DNA of 34,129 bases from a virus (lineage: Duplodnaviria; Caudoviricetes), in the IMG/VR virus record IMGVR_UViG_3300023275_000007, positions 1-34,129 of that record, one strand, 5' to 3'. Within the stretch, counting starts at the first letter, position 1. The number at the start of each line of letters is the position of its first letter. This document shows, piece by piece, positions 32,077-34,129 of the stretch. The position numbers were made by a program, and so were the translations under genes. The notes beneath the pieces were generated by a model, which saw only the letters and a list, made by a program, of their open reading frames with translations, ran no database searches and was not told where the DNA came from.

Positions 32077-32423
32077 ACGAGACGCTCGTAGACGAGGGTC
32101 TTGAACACGGCCATGCTCTCGGTCGGGTTGAGACCGTGGGTGCGGAAGAACTCCCAGAGGTCTCCGTCGTTCTCGACCAGCACCGTCTTCGCCCCGGCGT
32201 TGTCATGCGCCCACTGCTCGAGCGAGTTGTCGGAGTTGCCCGACATGCGGATCGCCCATGTCCCCTTCCCGGTCTGAAGGAACTCAGGCCCGGTCGGGTT
32301 GATGTGGCCCTCCGTCATGTCGGCGAGGACGCCGCGGATCACGCGAGCGAGGTTCATCTGTCCTCGCTTCACCCGCTTGAAGACACGGACATCCTCCGGC
32401 TTGAAGAAGTCCTCGTACCTCAT
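32073..32423 (-). CDS. Hypothetical protein, 116 aa
   Basis: GGAGGGG RBS; ATGA overlaps on both sides. Confidence 0.75.
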   Translation of the reverse strand: MRYEDFFKPEDVRVFKRVKRGQMNLARVIRGVLADMTEGHINPTGPEFLQTGKGTWAIRMSGNSDNSLEQWAHDNAGAKTVLVENDGDLWEFFRTHGLNPTESMAVFKTLVYERLV

Positions 32424-32635
32424 CGCCCCTCCCTCACCCTGGTCAGTTCGGCCTCCAACTCTTCGATGTTCTGATGGCAGAGCCGAAGAGCGGTGTCGTC
32501 GTCCCTCGCCCGTGCCTCCCATTCCTCTACCTCGGCAAGAGCGGCGTCCACGATCCACTGTTCCTCGTCCATCACCGTGAACGCCTCAAATGCCAGCGCC
32601 TCCCGCACCTTCTCCATGCGTCCCGATTGATTCAT
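32420..32635 (-). CDS. Small coiled-coil protein, 71 aa
   Basis: MNQSGRMEKVREAL...AALAEVEEWEA; partly paralogous to 32976..33446. Confidence 0.7.
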   Translation of the reverse strand: MNQSGRMEKVREALAFEAFTVMDEEQWIVDAALAEVEEWEARARDDDTALRLCHQNIEELEAELTRVREGR

Positions 32636-32979
32636 GGCGAAACCGCTTTGTGGGCTGGAGCGGTCGTCCACTTGACCGGGCCGTACTGCATCCCACCCGT
32701 CACCAAAGTGGTGACGTGATGATCGAACGTGTGACCATCAGGGCGCTCACAGCGGTTCGCGGGGTAGTCCGGGTGAGTCGCCGGACAGCGCGAGTCCCGA
32801 TTGAGGCAATCCGCTTTGTGGGCTGGGCTTCCATCACCTGTTGGAGTCCTTCGCGACCCGTCGCAGATCACTTTCGGCGTCCAGGGTGTGAAGTGATTGA
32901 CGGTTAGCCCATCGCTGGAAACCCGAACTTGGCTCCCGCAGTTTGGGCATCGCCCAAGCCCTCCAATGACGGCGGTCAT
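32632..32979 (-). CDS. Two-module Cys/His (zinc-binding) protein, 115 aa
   Basis: CPNC...H...C, then CPATH...CERPDGH..DH; each module ends in PAHKA. Confidence 0.7.
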   Translation of the reverse strand: MTAVIGGLGRCPNCGSQVRVSSDGLTVNHFTPWTPKVICDGSRRTPTGDGSPAHKADCLNRDSRCPATHPDYPANRCERPDGHTFDHHVTTLVTGGMQYGPVKWTTAPAHKAVSP

Positions 32980-33446
32980 GGGATCTCCGGGTGGGGGTCG
33001 CCGTGGGCCTTGCGGGAGAGGGCATCCAGACGGGCGTCGTACATGTCCTTCGCCCTCGACGCCTTCAGCAGTTCGTGTGCGTCCCGTAACGCCTCCAGCG
33101 CGGCTTTGAGTCTGTCGGCTTCGGCCTCCGCAGCCTCGCAGGCGACCTCGCGCCTGTTCCACGCTTCCTTCCAGTCGGCGTACTCCTTGCTGACACGAGC
33201 AAGTTCGGCCTCCGCAGCCTCGGCGCGAGCGACCGCTTCGTTCTCCTTCTGCCCCAGGTCGATGATCCTTAGCGCCTGCTCCGCGACATCGTCACCCAGG
33301 CGTTGAACTTCGGCCTCCCATTCCTCTGCCTCGGCAAGAGCGGCGGCGAGCGAGGCTTCCGATGAGCGCGACGGCGACTCGCCCGACAGCGCCATTGAGC
33401 GGTGCAGGCCCAGCGCCTCCCGCACCTTCTCCTGGCGGGCGCTCAT
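32976..33446 (-). CDS. Coiled-coil protein with AEAAEAE motifs, 156 aa
   Basis: GGAGGT RBS; MSARQEKVREAL...; ATGA overlaps. Confidence 0.75.
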   Translation of the reverse strand: MSARQEKVREALGLHRSMALSGESPSRSSEASLAAALAEAEEWEAEVQRLGDDVAEQALRIIDLGQKENEAVARAEAAEAELARVSKEYADWKEAWNRREVACEAAEAEADRLKAALEALRDAHELLKASRAKDMYDARLDALSRKAHGDPHPEIP

Positions 33447-34129
33447 ACCTCCCCCTCCCAAGCAGGGCACACCTTCCTCCACCCGCACATCTGGCAGGGG
33501 GTGAAGGACATCGAGAAGTCAGCGAACTTCCCGGTCGTCGGCCATGTCTCGTCCGGCCCGTAGCGCGTGTACATCCAGGCGATCTGCTCTGCCATCATCG
33601 CCGCCGTGCCCATCACGTTCTGGAACCTGACCGTGTTCGGGTAGTTGATCAGGTCGGCCGACTCCAACCCGGTCGTGATCTTCGGCGTTTTCGCCCGGGA
33701 GATCGAGTGGTACTCGACGGGCAGGTTGGTGGCCATGCAGTAGATGTCCGACTGCAACATCCACGACGGCTTCATCTTCGAGGCCGACTGCTTGCCCGTC
33801 TTCTGGTCGATCACCCGGTCGGGGACGAGGTCATCCTTCTCGTTCATCGCCCCGACCTGAAGGTCGATGTAACCGATCAGCGGGACGGGGAGACCGGGGT
33901 CTTCGACCTGGAACTTCGACTCGACCGACAACGGCTGAAGCCGAGGGACGACCTGCTTGTAGTACGCGGCGGTCAGGCGCTCGCTGTCGTTGCGTGCCAC
34001 GAGCTCACCCTTGCGTGGGTCACCGGAGTCCCAGGCGATGTTGTCGACGCCGCCGTCCTCTTCGAGAACCTTCGGGACAGCGACATCACCGAGGTACTCG
34101 ACCACCTCACCGAGAGGACGGTCGACGAA
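33443..34129 (-). CDS. Cas4/RecB-family PD-(D/E)XK exonuclease, N-terminus beyond the window
   Basis: VE...GYIDL...IDQKTG...Q..IY and C-terminal CQMCGWRKVC; the frame stays open to 34129. Confidence 0.85.
   Translation of the reverse strand, partial: FVDRPLGEVVEYLGDVAVPKVLEEDGGVDNIAWDSGDPRKGELVARNDSERLTAAYYKQVVPRLQPLSVESKFQVEDPGLPVPLIGYIDLQVGAMNEKDDLVPDRVIDQKTGKQSASKMKPSWMLQSDIYCMATNLPVEYHSISRAKTPKITTGLESADLINYPNTVRFQNVMGTAAMMAEQIAWMYTRYGPDETWPTTGKFADFSMSFTPCQMCGWRKVCPAWEGEV

Larger units (their letters stand above)
1..34129. mobile_element. Tailed dsDNA phage genome segment, podovirus-like; both ends fall inside genes
   Basis: Gene order terminase-portal-scaffold-capsid-adaptor-nozzle-ejection proteins; tightly overlapping stop/start codons; no host housekeeping genes; no tape measure. 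Confidence 0.97.

Noticed and set aside
32926-32943. Degenerate eighth copy AACTTGGCTCCCGCAGTT, and half-sites at 102-108 and 16574-16580
   Set aside because: Only 13/18 identity or a single arm, inside coding sequence; compatible with chance.
1-34129. Stop-codon recoding or programmed frameshifts
   Set aside because: Core genes are intact under the standard code, with TAG, TGA and TAA all used as stops at tight junctions; no tail-chaperone pair or split gene seen.

Overview
This 34.1-kb, high-GC window is a segment of a tailed bacteriophage with podovirus-type architecture. No tape-measure, major tail, integrase or CRISPR locus is visible. The + strand from about 0.7 to 29.3 kb carries small ORFs, a PD-(D/E)XK resolvase-like gene, an HExxH protein, an M23 endolysin plus holin, terminase large subunit, portal, scaffold, an SU10/DUF5309-like major capsid, fibre/LamG/collar genes, adaptor, nozzle, three probable ejection proteins and a glucosaminidase-M23 hydrolase. 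Early-type genes lie on the - strand at both ends: a DUF3102-like gene cut by the left edge, and on the right a LexA DNA-binding-domain-only protein, an HNH-like gene, an HTH gene, small modules and a Cas4/RecB-like exonuclease cut by the right edge. The host is probably an actinobacterium (inference from GC content, leaderless starts and hydrolase types). The most striking unexplained signal is an AT-rich 18-bp quasi-palindrome, AACTTGG-GATT-CCAAGTT. It occurs 7 times (6 exact, 1 with one mismatch) in both orientations: at gene junctions, inside the convergent terminator and inside coding sequences. Other signals are an iteron-like divergent control region, repeated leaderless -10 promoters, an Acb2/Tad1-like small protein, two antisense genes, a structured capsid leader and shared linker repeats among early genes. 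All protein calls come from motif recognition by eye; no database searches were run.
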